A stretch of 51,861 nt of DNA from an uncultured Victivallales bacterium (GCA_964544115.1 CAZJBP010000002.1:1-51861), one strand, 5' to 3'. Positions 29,705 to 41,155 are shown, numbered from the stretch's first letter. Numbers and translations are program-made. Notes: a model not told the origin generated them from the sequence alone.

Positions 29705-30412
29705 TTACTCGCTCTTCTGAATCGTTCCGGTCAATCGAAAGACCTGGACCGTCGATGAGATGAAGTTGGCCGCGCGGCCCGCTTCGTAGAGGACGATCGT
29801 TCTCTGGTCTCCAGTCCAGTCGGCGGTTGAGGCAACGTCAATCGCGCTGCCGTCGAGTCTGAAGCCGATCGACCAGGGCCCGAACACCGGCGTGCCGTAG
29901 GCCGGGCTATTCGACAGGACAACCCCCTCGGCGAAGAAATTGGTGGTTCCCATGACGCCGTCGACGGCATTGCTCAGGTAGTAATAGCTTCGTTGGGGCG
30001 GGGATCCGGGCGCCGCGAGAGGGGCCGGCACGTTGCCGTAAACCATGTAGGTGCGCACACGGTGCGTGACGGTATGCTGGCGAGTCTGGTTGAACGCCGA
30101 GCGGAACACCAGGGTTGAGGCGCGCATTTTACTCCCGCGACCGAGGTCAACGAAGGCGAACAGGGCCATGCCCATGAGCAGCATCATGATCGCGAGGACC
30201 ATGAGGATTTCGATCAGGGTGAAGCCCTGGCGGAGATCCCTCGCTGCGCTCGGGATGACACGACTGGCGATGGAGCGGCTGGGCCTCGCTGCGCTCGGGA
30301 TGACACGACCGGCGAACGAGCGGCTGGGCCTCGCTGCGCTCGGGATGACACGCGGCCGCCCGCCTGTCATCCCGAACGAAGTGAGGGATCTCCTCGGTTG
30401 TGCGGTCCTCAT
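29705..30412 (-). CDS. Prepilin-type (GspH/FimT-like) protein with a REP-expanded ~63-aa leader
   Basis: G|FTLIEILMVLAIM; IGFRLDGS; leader has three VIPSAAR; TGATG overlap with the upstream gene (alternative start 30424). Confidence 0.82.
   Translation of the reverse strand: MRTAQPRRSLTSFGMTGGRPRVIPSAARPSRSFAGRVIPSAARPSRSIASRVIPSAARDLRQGFTLIEILMVLAIMMLLMGMALFAFVDLGRGSKMRASTLVFRSAFNQTRQHTVTHRVRTYMVYGNVPAPLAAPGSPPQRSYYYLSNAVDGVMGTTNFFAEGVVLSNSPAYGTPVFGPWSIGFRLDGSAIDVASTADWTGDQRTIVLYEAGRAANFISSTVQVFRLTGTIQKSE
30233..30392. repeat. REP-like cluster: full 30233-30260, partials 30284-30305 and 30329-30350, inverted full 30365-30392
   Basis: 45-bp periodic tandem plus an inverted partner. Confidence 0.93.
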
Positions 30413-31068
30413 CACGGTTTCCATGAATAGACCCTCGTTTCTTCGCTGGCGGGGTCGCTACCCCAGGACATGACGCACACGTTCTCCCGGACAACGTTGG
30501 TGTCTACGTTGTAGGTGCCCGAAGGGAGGGTGATCGAAGCGACCAGATGTGTCGTTCCGTCGCCATTCTCATCCATGGAGATCGCGAACGGGTTGCCCCA
30601 GGGATCGAGAAGGACGCCATCGGCGTCAAGTTCCATATCCTTGAGTTCAAAGAAGACCGTGTGGCGCGGGTTGTTGGTCAGTTTGCTGATCACGGTTTCC
30701 GGGGCAACAATCTGGTCGTTGAGTCCCTGGGTCTGTCCGGGCAGTTTGCCGTAGGTTCCGCGGTAGTTCTTTGCGGCTTCCACCACGGCCAGGGCCGTGG
30801 ACCTTGCCTGCTTGCGCTTGGCCGCCTGGCGCACCGCGTGGGCGGCGGGCAGGAGCATGGCCGCGAGGATCGCGATGATGGCGACGACGATGAGGAGCTC
30901 CAGGAGCGTGAAACCGCGCCGCGCCGCGAGATCCCTCGCTGCGCTCGGGATGACATGACGGCCTGACCGTCCGCTGGGCCTCACGTGGCGGGGGGTGACC
31001 AGAAGACTGCGCGCGCTGCTGCTCCTGTCATCCCGAGCGTAGCGAGGGATCTCGTCATGCTCTATCAT
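30412..31068 (-). CDS. Prepilin-type protein with a REP-expanded 52-aa leader
   Basis: G|FTLLELLIVVAIIAIL; LDPWGNP; ATGA overlap; leader has EIPRYARDD and VIPSAARDL. Confidence 0.85.
   Translation of the reverse strand: MIEHDEIPRYARDDRSSSARSLLVTPRHVRPSGRSGRHVIPSAARDLAARRGFTLLELLIVVAIIAILAAMLLPAAHAVRQAAKRKQARSTALAVVEAAKNYRGTYGKLPGQTQGLNDQIVAPETVISKLTNNPRHTVFFELKDMELDADGVLLDPWGNPFAISMDENGDGTTHLVASITLPSGTYNVDTNVVRENVCVMSWGSDPASEETRVYSWKP
30928..31053. repeat. REP-like cluster: full 30928-30955, degenerate 30979-31000, inverted full 31026-31053
   Basis: Inverted pair of the 28-bp consensus. Confidence 0.92.
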
Positions 31069-31655
31069 TGCCAGCTCCCGATGATGTAGTTGGGGTCGTC
31101 GGGCTCCAGGTCGGGGTTGACCGTCCAGACCACCACCGTGCGCTGGACGTTGTTCGTCAGCGGCGACTCCACCGACACGGGCGTCGATGGGGATCCGGGG
31201 ATGATATTGTTGTAGTCCATGTCGAACATGGAGTAGTAGAAGCGATCCCTGCCGGCCGCGTCGTCCATCTCGGCATCCGTCAGGTCGGTGTCCGCCCAGG
31301 GCGTCACCGGCGAGCCGCTGGCGTTAAGCCGCTTGAACTCAAGGAAGCGCAGGCGGCGCGGGTTGTTCGCCGCGTCGGCTTCGCCGCGCGTCAGCAGGGC
31401 GCCCACGGCGCCCTGGATGCGCACGAAGTCCGAGGTGTAAGTCAGCATCGGCGGCCATTTCTCGTACTCGGAGTAGTACTGTCGCCACGCCGCCTCGATC
31501 TGCTTGACCTCGGTGCGGGCTGCCGCGACCTTCGCGTGTTTGCGGACCATGGCCACGGCGGGTAGCAGCAGGGCCGCCAGCATCAGCACGATCGCGATGA
31601 CGATGAGCATCTCAATCAGAGTGAAGCCAGTGTGGCGTGTCGCTCGCATAGTCAT
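31065..31655 (-). CDS. Prepilin-type protein (short leader)
   Basis: MTMRATRHTG|FTLIEMLIVIAI; paralog of 31652-32212. Confidence 0.85.
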   Translation of the reverse strand: MTMRATRHTGFTLIEMLIVIAIVLMLAALLLPAVAMVRKHAKVAAARTEVKQIEAAWRQYYSEYEKWPPMLTYTSDFVRIQGAVGALLTRGEADAANNPRRLRFLEFKRLNASGSPVTPWADTDLTDAEMDDAAGRDRFYYSMFDMDYNNIIPGSPSTPVSVESPLTNNVQRTVVVWTVNPDLEPDDPNYIIGSWQ

Positions 31656-32212
31656 TCCTGCCAGTTTCCGATGATCCATCTGTCACTGCCCTCGTCGGCG
31701 TCGTCATTGACCGTCCACACGATCACGCTCTGGTGCACTGCGCCCGTGGTCGGCATGTCCCACGCGGGTGCGCCGGTGGTGGTGGCCGGAATCGTGTTGT
31801 CGAAGTTCGCGTCGAATATGGCGTAGTAGTAATGCTTCTCCGGCGTGGCGGCGTCGTCGACCTCGGGGTTGCCCCAGGGGCTGATGGGGTTCGTGCTGGT
31901 GTTGAAGCGCTTGAAATTCATGAACCGCATCCGGCGCGGATTGTCTGCGGTGAGGGCACCCGCCGTGAGGGCCTGGGCAACGGCGCCGGAGATGCGCACC
32001 GGCGCCTCGGTGGTCACAAAGGAGGGCCAGCGCTGGTACTCGGCGTAGTAGTGCTTCCAGGCGGCGGTAATGTTCTCGATTTCGGACTTGGCGCTCACTT
32101 TGCGGGCGTATGCGCGGGCCATTCCGACGGCCGGAATCAGCATCCCTGCCAGCACCATGATGATGCTGATCACGATCAGCATCTCGATCAGCGTAAAGCC
32201 TCGTCGGTTCAT
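31652..32212 (-). CDS. Prepilin-type protein (short leader)
   Basis: MNRRG|FTLIEMLIVISII. Confidence 0.88.
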   Translation of the reverse strand: MNRRGFTLIEMLIVISIIMVLAGMLIPAVGMARAYARKVSAKSEIENITAAWKHYYAEYQRWPSFVTTEAPVRISGAVAQALTAGALTADNPRRMRFMNFKRFNTSTNPISPWGNPEVDDAATPEKHYYYAIFDANFDNTIPATTTGAPAWDMPTTGAVHQSVIVWTVNDDADEGSDRWIIGNWQE

Positions 32213-32631
32213 CAGAACTTCCCTGCGATGATGTTGTCCGCGTCCGCCTCAGGCGGCGGCGACTCCGCCCGGTCGGTGCCCTTCGAGTAGAGTTTGTAGG
32301 ACTTGCGATTGGCGGAGGGGATGTAGCGATAGGCTTGACCCCACGGGTCGAGGAAGGTGAAGCCGTCGCGGATGTAGGTCACCAGGTTGTTCGTCCAGGT
32401 GGGCCCGGGGGGAAGGGTGCCGACATCCATCTGGTAGTTGACCAGCGCCGTGCGGATCGTCTCGATGTCCGCCTTGGTCTTGGCCTCCAGGTTGGCCCGG
32501 TGCGCGTAGGCCACCACGCCCAGAATCATGGCCATCAGGATGCCAATGATGAGGATCACGGCCAGCAATTCAATGAGCGTGAAGCCCGACGCTGACCGAT
32601 TCACGCCCCGCACTGAACCTCGCGCTGCCAT
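32212..32631 (-). CDS. GspG-like major pseudopilin
   Basis: G|FTLIELLAVILIIGIL; ALVNYQMDVGTLP; LDPWGQAYRY; LYSKG. Confidence 0.85.
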   Translation of the reverse strand: MAARGSVRGVNRSASGFTLIELLAVILIIGILMAMILGVVAYAHRANLEAKTKADIETIRTALVNYQMDVGTLPPGPTWTNNLVTYIRDGFTFLDPWGQAYRYIPSANRKSYKLYSKGTDRAESPPPEADADNIIAGKF

Positions 32632-32716
32632 GCCACACCCCTTCCTTGACGCCCCCACTATAGGATAGGCCGGCGAGCGGAGTCAACGCGGCCACCGTAA
32701 AGATTCAGTAAAGGGT

Positions 32717-32860
32717 GAGATTCCTCACTGCGCTCGGGATGACACGTTCCCGAATGGGGCTTCGCGACGACCATGAGATCCCTCACTGCGTTCGGGATGA
32801 CCAAATCGCCCTTTGGCCGCTCGATCCAGCCGTGTCATCCCGAACGCAGTGAGGGATCTC
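32717..32860. repeat. REP-like triplet downstream of the GIY-YIG gene (32717, 32775, inverted 32833)
   Basis: Three 28-bp copies starting 58 nt apart; the last supplies the GIY-YIG TGA stop. Confidence 0.93.
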
Positions 32861-33200
32861 CCTTGTTCCAGCCCTCGGCCTTGTGCCACCCCTGGGCTGG
32901 CGCCGGGCCCAAGCCAAGGATGGTTTCGCCCAGGTCCGCCCACGCCGGGTTGTCCCGCTCGATCAAGGCCACCTTCTTCTCCCTCCGCCAGCCCTTCAGT
33001 TGCTTCTCCCGCGCGATGGCGTCCCGGATGTCATTAAAACGCCCGAAATACACAAGCCGGCTCAGGTTGTATCGGCAGGTAAATCCGTCGACTTCGGCCG
33101 CACGGTGCTGGGAGACGCGCCGCACAAGGCTGTTGGTCACCCCGACATACAGCGTCGAATGACCTTTGTTGGTCATGATGTAGACGTAGTACTCGGACAT
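32835..33200 (-). CDS. GIY-YIG nuclease family protein (small, stand-alone)
   Basis: YYVYIM...LYVGVT..L.RRVSQH...GFT.RY...LVYF...AIAREKQLKGWRREKKVALIE..NP.W.DL. Confidence 0.93.
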   Translation of the reverse strand: MSEYYVYIMTNKGHSTLYVGVTNSLVRRVSQHRAAEVDGFTCRYNLSRLVYFGRFNDIRDAIAREKQLKGWRREKKVALIERDNPAWADLGETILGLGPAPAQGWHKAEGWNKGDPSLRSG

Positions 33201-33225
33201 GCGACCCCCTTGCGTCCCTGTCGCG

Positions 33226-33376
33226 GAGATCCCTCGCTACGCTCGGGATGACACGCTGCTTGGTCTATGGCGGCGCCCTCTTCCAGATCCCTCGCTGCGC
33301 TCGGGATGACCCTTGCGCCTGTCGCCGTCCGGGGGCCGTTCACGGCCGCCGTCATCCCGAGCGCAGCGAGGGATCT

Positions 33377-33377
<1 letters not shown>
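33226..33377. repeat. REP-like triplet upstream of the GIY-YIG gene (33226, 33284, inverted 33350)
   Basis: Same direct-direct-inverted architecture as the downstream triplet. Confidence 0.93.
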
Positions 33378-35787
<2,410 letters not shown>

Positions 35788-35845
35788 GACGGTGGATGCG
35801 TTCATGCCCCGCGGGAGCAGGGGCGGGACGCTCAGAGGACAAGCC

Positions 35846-38362
35846 ATGGACAGGAATACGCTGATCAAGTGGTTGCTTACGGCAGGTCTGCTGGCGGGGT
35901 CGCTGGCACTGGTGACGCCGCCGAGTGAGAAGATCCGGCTGGGGCTGGACCTGAAGGGCGGCACGAGCTTCGTCGTCAAGATCGACGACGAGGGCGTTCG
36001 CCGCGACATCCTTGCCCAGCGGCCCGAGGCCACCGAGGAAGAGGTGACCGCGGCCGCCGCGGAGGCGCTGAAGGGGGCGCAGGAGCGCGCCCTGGAGGTG
36101 CTCCGCAACCGCATCGACAACCTCGGCATTGCCGAGCCGGTGATCTACCCGTCGTCGGATAACCGCATCACCATCCAGCTGCCCGGCGTGGACGAGAAGA
36201 AGCGCAAGGAGGCCGAGGACAGCATCCACCGGGTGGCCTTCCTCGAGTTCCGCATGGTCCACGAGAACAACGACGCCCTGACCTCGGCCCTGTTCGAGAA
36301 AGGGCTCGTGCCGGAAGGCTACCGCATCGAGCAGGTCGGCGGTCAGTCGGTTTACGTCGAGGACAAGGCGTTCCCCGACAGCCAGCGCGATGAAGTGTGG
36401 AAGGCCAAGGTCGGCCGCTTCCACACGCCGGACGCCAACTACGAACTGCTGGTTGAGAAGCAGCAGCGCGAAGGGCGCACCGCGTACCTCCCGCGCTTCG
36501 TCAAGCGCCGCCACGAGCTGTCGGGCGAATACCTGAAGAACGCGAAGGTGGATTACCAGCAGATGGGCCAGCCGGTTGTCCTGCTGGAGTTCGACGCCAA
36601 GGGCGCCAAGATGTTCTACCGCGTGACCTCGGCCTACGCCCCCGGCGGCAGCAGCAACACGGACCCGAACCGCTCCCGTCAGCTGGCCATCGTGCTGGAC
36701 GGCACGCTCTACTCGGCGCCGGCCATTCGCGAGGCGATCGCCGGCGGCAAGGCCGAGATCAGCGGAAGCTTCACCGTTCCCGAAGCCACGCTGCTGAGCA
36801 ACATCCTGCGCGCCGGCTCGCTGCCCGCGCCGGTGAAGGTGATCGAGCGGCGCGTCGTCGACCCGACCCTGGGCGCCGACTCGATCAAGAGCGGCATCAG
36901 CGCCGGCCTCTACGGCTGCGGCGCGATCGTGGTGCTCATGGCCGGCTACTATCTTCTGCCCGGCCTGCTGGCCAGTCTGGCGCTCCTGCTCAACGTGCTG
37001 TTACTCCCGATCGGCATGATCGCCGTGGCCGGCATCCTGGACGTGTTCTCCGGCGGGGGCGGCGCCGCGTCGGGCATCGCCCTGCCGGTGCTCACGCTGC
37101 CGGGCATCGCGGGCATCGCGCTCAGCATCGGCATGGCCGTGGACGCCAACGTGCTGATCTTCGAGCGCATCCGCGAGGAGTTGCGCGCGGGCAAGACCTT
37201 CGGAGGGGCGATCCAGGCGGGCTACCAGCGCGCCTTCACCGCGATCTTCGACTCCAACGTGACGACGATCATCACCGCGGCCATTCTCTTCGTTCTCGGC
37301 TCCGGGCCCGTGCGCGGGTACGCCGTGACCCTGGCCGCCGGCCTGCTGGTCAGCATGTTCACGGCCGTGGTGGTGACTCGCCTGTGCTTCGACGCGATCG
37401 GCAAGAAGTCCACGGACCTGAAGCTCCTGCGGATGATGCAGCTCTTCAGCGAGTCGAAGATCGACTTCATGAAGTGGTGGAAGCCCGCGCTGACGGTCTC
37501 CCTGGTGATCATCATCGGGGCGTGGGCCGTCATGACAACGCGCGGCATGCAGAACGTTCGCAAGGTGTTCGGTGTGGACTTTACCGGCGGATCGGCCGTG
37601 AGCATGGGCTTCGAACAGCGCGTTGAGGTGGATGCCATGCGCGCCGCCCTGAGTGAAGCCGGCGTCAATGACGCCATGATCCAGTACCAGGGTGTCAAGG
37701 GAGGCGGGGATGAGGGGCTTCAGCTCAAGGTCGGCAGCGCCGAAGACGGCGCCCTGGCGGCCAAGACGCTGGCCGAGAAATTTCCCCAGGCCGGGTTCAA
37801 GGTTCTGCAGGAGGACGACGTGGGGCCCCAAGTGGGCGGCGAGCTGAAGCGCAAGGCCATGTGGGCGATGCTCTGGTCGCTGGTGGCGATGGTGATCTAC
37901 ATCTCCTGGCGGTTCGAATTCGGCTTTGCGCTCGGCGCCGTGGTCGCTCTGTTCCACGACGTGCTGATCACGGCCGGCATCATCCACCTGATGGGCTTCC
38001 AGATCAGCCTGACCGTTGTGGCGGCCCTGATGACCATCGTCGGTTACTCGGTCAACGACACGATCGTGATCTTTGACCGCATCCGCGAGGACCTGCGCCT
38101 GATCCGCAACAAGAGCTTCCTCGACATCTGCAACCTGAGCATGAACCAGACGCTCTCGCGCACGATCCTGACGAACTTCCTGACGTTCGTGTCGGTGCTG
38201 TGCCTGGTGGCGTTCGGCGGGAGCACGCTGAGGGACTTCTCGGTGACGATGTTCATCGGCATGATCGCGGGCACGTACTCGACGATGTATATCGCCACGC
38301 CCGTCGTCCTGCTCTGGTACCGCTTCAAGACGCCGGACCTGGGGTCGAAGAGCGCCGGCTGA
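35846..38362 (+). CDS. secDF: Fused protein translocase subunit SecDF
   Basis: LGLDLKGG, IGMAVDANVLIFERIREE, GVDFTGG, GYSVNDTIVIFDRIRE. Confidence 0.96.
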   Translation: MDRNTLIKWLLTAGLLAGSLALVTPPSEKIRLGLDLKGGTSFVVKIDDEGVRRDILAQRPEATEEEVTAAAAEALKGAQERALEVLRNRIDNLGIAEPVIYPSSDNRITIQLPGVDEKKRKEAEDSIHRVAFLEFRMVHENNDALTSALFEKGLVPEGYRIEQVGGQSVYVEDKAFPDSQRDEVWKAKVGRFHTPDANYELLVEKQQREGRTAYLPRFVKRRHELSGEYLKNAKVDYQQMGQPVVLLEFDAKGAKMFYRVTSAYAPGGSSNTDPNRSRQLAIVLDGTLYSAPAIREAIAGGKAEISGSFTVPEATLLSNILRAGSLPAPVKVIERRVVDPTLGADSIKSGISAGLYGCGAIVVLMAGYYLLPGLLASLALLLNVLLLPIGMIAVAGILDVFSGGGGAASGIALPVLTLPGIAGIALSIGMAVDANVLIFERIREELRAGKTFGGAIQAGYQRAFTAIFDSNVTTIITAAILFVLGSGPVRGYAVTLAAGLLVSMFTAVVVTRLCFDAIGKKSTDLKLLRMMQLFSESKIDFMKWWKPALTVSLVIIIGAWAVMTTRGMQNVRKVFGVDFTGGSAVSMGFEQRVEVDAMRAALSEAGVNDAMIQYQGVKGGGDEGLQLKVGSAEDGALAAKTLAEKFPQAGFKVLQEDDVGPQVGGELKRKAMWAMLWSLVAMVIYISWRFEFGFALGAVVALFHDVLITAGIIHLMGFQISLTVVAALMTIVGYSVNDTIVIFDRIREDLRLIRNKSFLDICNLSMNQTLSRTILTNFLTFVSVLCLVAFGGSTLRDFSVTMFIGMIAGTYSTMYIATPVVLLWYRFKTPDLGSKSAG

Positions 38363-38411
38363 GGCGGACGGCGACAAACCGGAGCGCCCGCGCTCCGATG
38401 CGGGGGCAAGC

Positions 38412-40160
38412 ATGCCGCTGGGGCTGCAGCCTGGGTGGCGCACCGTGGCGGCCGATGCCGCGCAGTCCGAGACGCTGGCGCGGGCTCTTGGCGTGCCGCG
38501 CCCTCTGGCGTCCGTTCTGGTGGCCCGCGGCTTCGGCGTTGAGTCTGCCGCCCGCGACTTTCTTTCGCCCCGCCTGAGCCGCCTGACGGACCCGTTCCTG
38601 ATCGCCGGCATGGAGCCGGCCGCCGAGCGCCTCGCGCGGGCCGTGCGGGAGCGCGAGCCGGTCACCGTGTTCGGCGACTACGACGTGGACGGCGTGACCG
38701 GAACGGCCCTGCTGGTGGGCGTCCTGTCGCGCCTCGGCGTGCCGGTGACCCCCTTCCTGCCCGAGCGCGCCCTCGAGGGCTACGGGTTCACCCCGGCTGC
38801 GCTGAGCCGTTGCCTGGCCGTGCGGCGCGCGTCGCTGCTGGTGACGGTCGACTGCGGCATGAACGCCGTGGAGACCGCTGCCGCGGCCCGCGCCCTCGGC
38901 GTCGACGTGATCGTGACCGACCACCATGAGCCGGAGCCGTCCTCCGAGGGCGCGGCGTTCGTCCGGGTCAACCCCAAGCTCGGCTGCCCGACCGGATGCG
39001 AGGCCCTGTCCGGCGTGGGGGTGGCGTTCAAGCTGTGTCACGCCCTGCTCAAGCGCCTGCGGGCCGATCCCTCCGGCCCGGTGCGCGAGGCGCTGGAAGC
39101 GATCGACCTGCGCGAGGTGCTGGGCCTAGTGGCCCTCGGCACGGTGTGCGATATCGTGCCGCTGACCGGCGAGAACCGCACGCTCGTGCGGCACGGGCTG
39201 GACCGGATCAACGCGGGCGGCCATCCGGGCGTGGCGGCGCTGTGCCGTACGGCCGGCATCGGCGGGCGCGTGTTCGGCTACCACCTGGGGTTCCAGCTGG
39301 GCCCGCGCCTGAATGCGGCCGGCCGCCTCGGCAGCGCCGACCCGGCGCTGGAACTGCTGCTCACCTCCGACGCGGCCCGCGCGACCGAACTGTCGGAGGA
39401 CCTCGACGCGGCCAACCGCGAGCGCCAGCAGATCGAACATGCCATCTTGGAGGAAGCGCTGTCCGAGACGGAGCGCGCCTTCGCGGAGGATCCGCCGTTC
39501 GGCCTGGTGGTCGGGCGGGAAGGGTGGGACGTCGGCGTGGTCGGCATCGTGGCGGCGCGCCTGTGCCGCCGCTATCACCGGCCGGCGGTCGTCGTGGCGT
39601 TCGGCCCGGATGGCACCGGGCGCGGGTCGTGCCGCAGCATTCCGGGCGTGGACATCGTATCGCTGCTGGGCGAGTGCGCGGAACACCTGGCGAGCTATGG
39701 CGGCCACAAGATGGCGGCGGGGGTGTCTCTTCCGCGCCAGGCGTTCGACCGCTTTCGCGACGCGTTCGCCGCGGCGTGCCGGCAGCGCCTGGGGCAGGCC
39801 GACCTGCGCCCGGTGCAGGACGTGGACGCGTGGCTGAGCCACCTTGGCGAGGCTGACGAGCGGCTGATGGCCGGGGTGGAGCAGCTGGAGCCGGTCGGAG
39901 CCGGCAACCCATCGCCGGTGTGGGGCGTGAGGGGCGTTCGGCCCGTCGGCCCCGTGCGCCGGGTCGGGCGCGACGGGGCGCACGTGAAGCTGGTGCTTGC
40001 CGGAGGGGCGACGCAGATGGACGGCATCGCCTTCAACGCCGGGTCGAAGGAGCTTCCCGAGGGCCCGCTGGACGTGCTGTTTGAGCTGGATCGCAATGAC
40101 TTCAACGGGCGTCGAGCCCTGCAGCTGCGCGTGAAGGACTGGCGCCCCTCCGCCGGCTGA
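38412..40160 (+). CDS. recJ: ssDNA-specific exonuclease RecJ
   Basis: GDYDVDG, TVDCG, TDHH, PRLNAAGR, GGHKMAAG. Confidence 0.96.
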   Translation: MPLGLQPGWRTVAADAAQSETLARALGVPRPLASVLVARGFGVESAARDFLSPRLSRLTDPFLIAGMEPAAERLARAVREREPVTVFGDYDVDGVTGTALLVGVLSRLGVPVTPFLPERALEGYGFTPAALSRCLAVRRASLLVTVDCGMNAVETAAAARALGVDVIVTDHHEPEPSSEGAAFVRVNPKLGCPTGCEALSGVGVAFKLCHALLKRLRADPSGPVREALEAIDLREVLGLVALGTVCDIVPLTGENRTLVRHGLDRINAGGHPGVAALCRTAGIGGRVFGYHLGFQLGPRLNAAGRLGSADPALELLLTSDAARATELSEDLDAANRERQQIEHAILEEALSETERAFAEDPPFGLVVGREGWDVGVVGIVAARLCRRYHRPAVVVAFGPDGTGRGSCRSIPGVDIVSLLGECAEHLASYGGHKMAAGVSLPRQAFDRFRDAFAAACRQRLGQADLRPVQDVDAWLSHLGEADERLMAGVEQLEPVGAGNPSPVWGVRGVRPVGPVRRVGRDGAHVKLVLAGGATQMDGIAFNAGSKELPEGPLDVLFELDRNDFNGRRALQLRVKDWRPSAG

Positions 40161-40459
40161 CGGCCTTGATGCGCGCAAGCGCAAGGGCTCGGGGCGCGAC
40201 GAGGTCTACGGGCCCGTTCAGAATGAATGGCCGGCGGCATCCGCTCACCCAACGGCCTTGCGCACGTCAGCCATGTCCTGCCTCTGTAATCGTTCTCGTC
40301 GTCGTCCCCGTCCTCGAATCATGTGTATCGAGGAAGAGGACGAAGCCGCCGGCGGCAACGCCAACGGCTTCGCTAAGGATTCGGCGTCTTTTAGGGTGCC
40401 GTCTTTTCTGCTTGAAAGGCTCAGCCCTGCGCGTCTACTATGCGCGCTCATTTCGATGC

Positions 40460-40536
40460 GGGGGCGTGGCGCAATTGGTTAGCGCACCGGACTGTCGATC
40501 CGGAAGTTGCGGGTTCGAACCCCGTCGCTCCCGCCA
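40460..40536 (+). tRNA. tRNA-Asp (anticodon GTC)
   Basis: GGGGGCGTGGCGCAATTGGTTAGCGCACCGGACTGTCGATCCGGAAGTTGCGGGTTCGAACCCCGTCGCTCCCGCCA cloverleaf. Confidence 0.96.
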
Positions 40537-40657
40537 TTTCTTTCTTGAAGCAGTTAACCTCGCTGATGCGCAGGACCACCCTCGTGCAGTTGCAGCGTGT
40601 GCCCGCGCCGGACGTGCGAGCAGGGCAGCGCGGCGCCGCGCGATAGGAGAGCCGTCG

Positions 40658-41155
40658 ATGCCTGGAAGGGTGAGGCGATGCTACGACCGAGTGCGGGTTC
40701 GTCTGTCGCGAGGCATGCTATGGACCGCGACGGTAGGGTTGGGGGTGTGCGTCGGGGCGGGTGGGTACACCTTCTTCTACGCGAAGGGACTGTCGTACAT
40801 CTCAAATGACCCCGAGGTCTGCGCCAACTGCCATGTGATGCAGTCGTACTATGACGGGTGGGTCAAGTCCAGTCATCACACCGTCGCGGTCTGCAACGAC
40901 TGCCACACGCCTCATCACTTCATCGGCAAGTACATGACCAAGGCGGAAAACGGCCTGCATCATTCCACGGCGTTCACGCTGCAGAACTATCCGGATTCGA
41001 TCCGCATACGTCCAAAGAATGCCAGGATCGTCGGGCGGAATTGCGTTCGCTGCCACGAAGACATGGTGTCAGGCATCCTTGGCCACGGCGGTCGGGAAGG
41101 CGAAGATCCGGACTGCGTGCGATGCCACGCGGGCGTTGGGCATGAACTTGAGTAG
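40658..41155 (+). CDS. nrfH: Cytochrome c nitrite reductase small subunit (start uncertain)
   Basis: TM anchor; four CxxCH (CANCH, CNDCH, CVRCH, CVRCH); KAENGLHHS; directly upstream of nrfA. Confidence 0.92.
   Translation: MPGRVRRCYDRVRVRLSRGMLWTATVGLGVCVGAGGYTFFYAKGLSYISNDPEVCANCHVMQSYYDGWVKSSHHTVAVCNDCHTPHHFIGKYMTKAENGLHHSTAFTLQNYPDSIRIRPKNARIVGRNCVRCHEDMVSGILGHGGREGEDPDCVRCHAGVGHELE

Noticed and set aside
30233-30392. CRISPR array interpretation of the regularly spaced repeats
   Set aside because: At most three units; spacers resemble each other; copies occur in both orientations and inside ORFs; no cas genes in the window.
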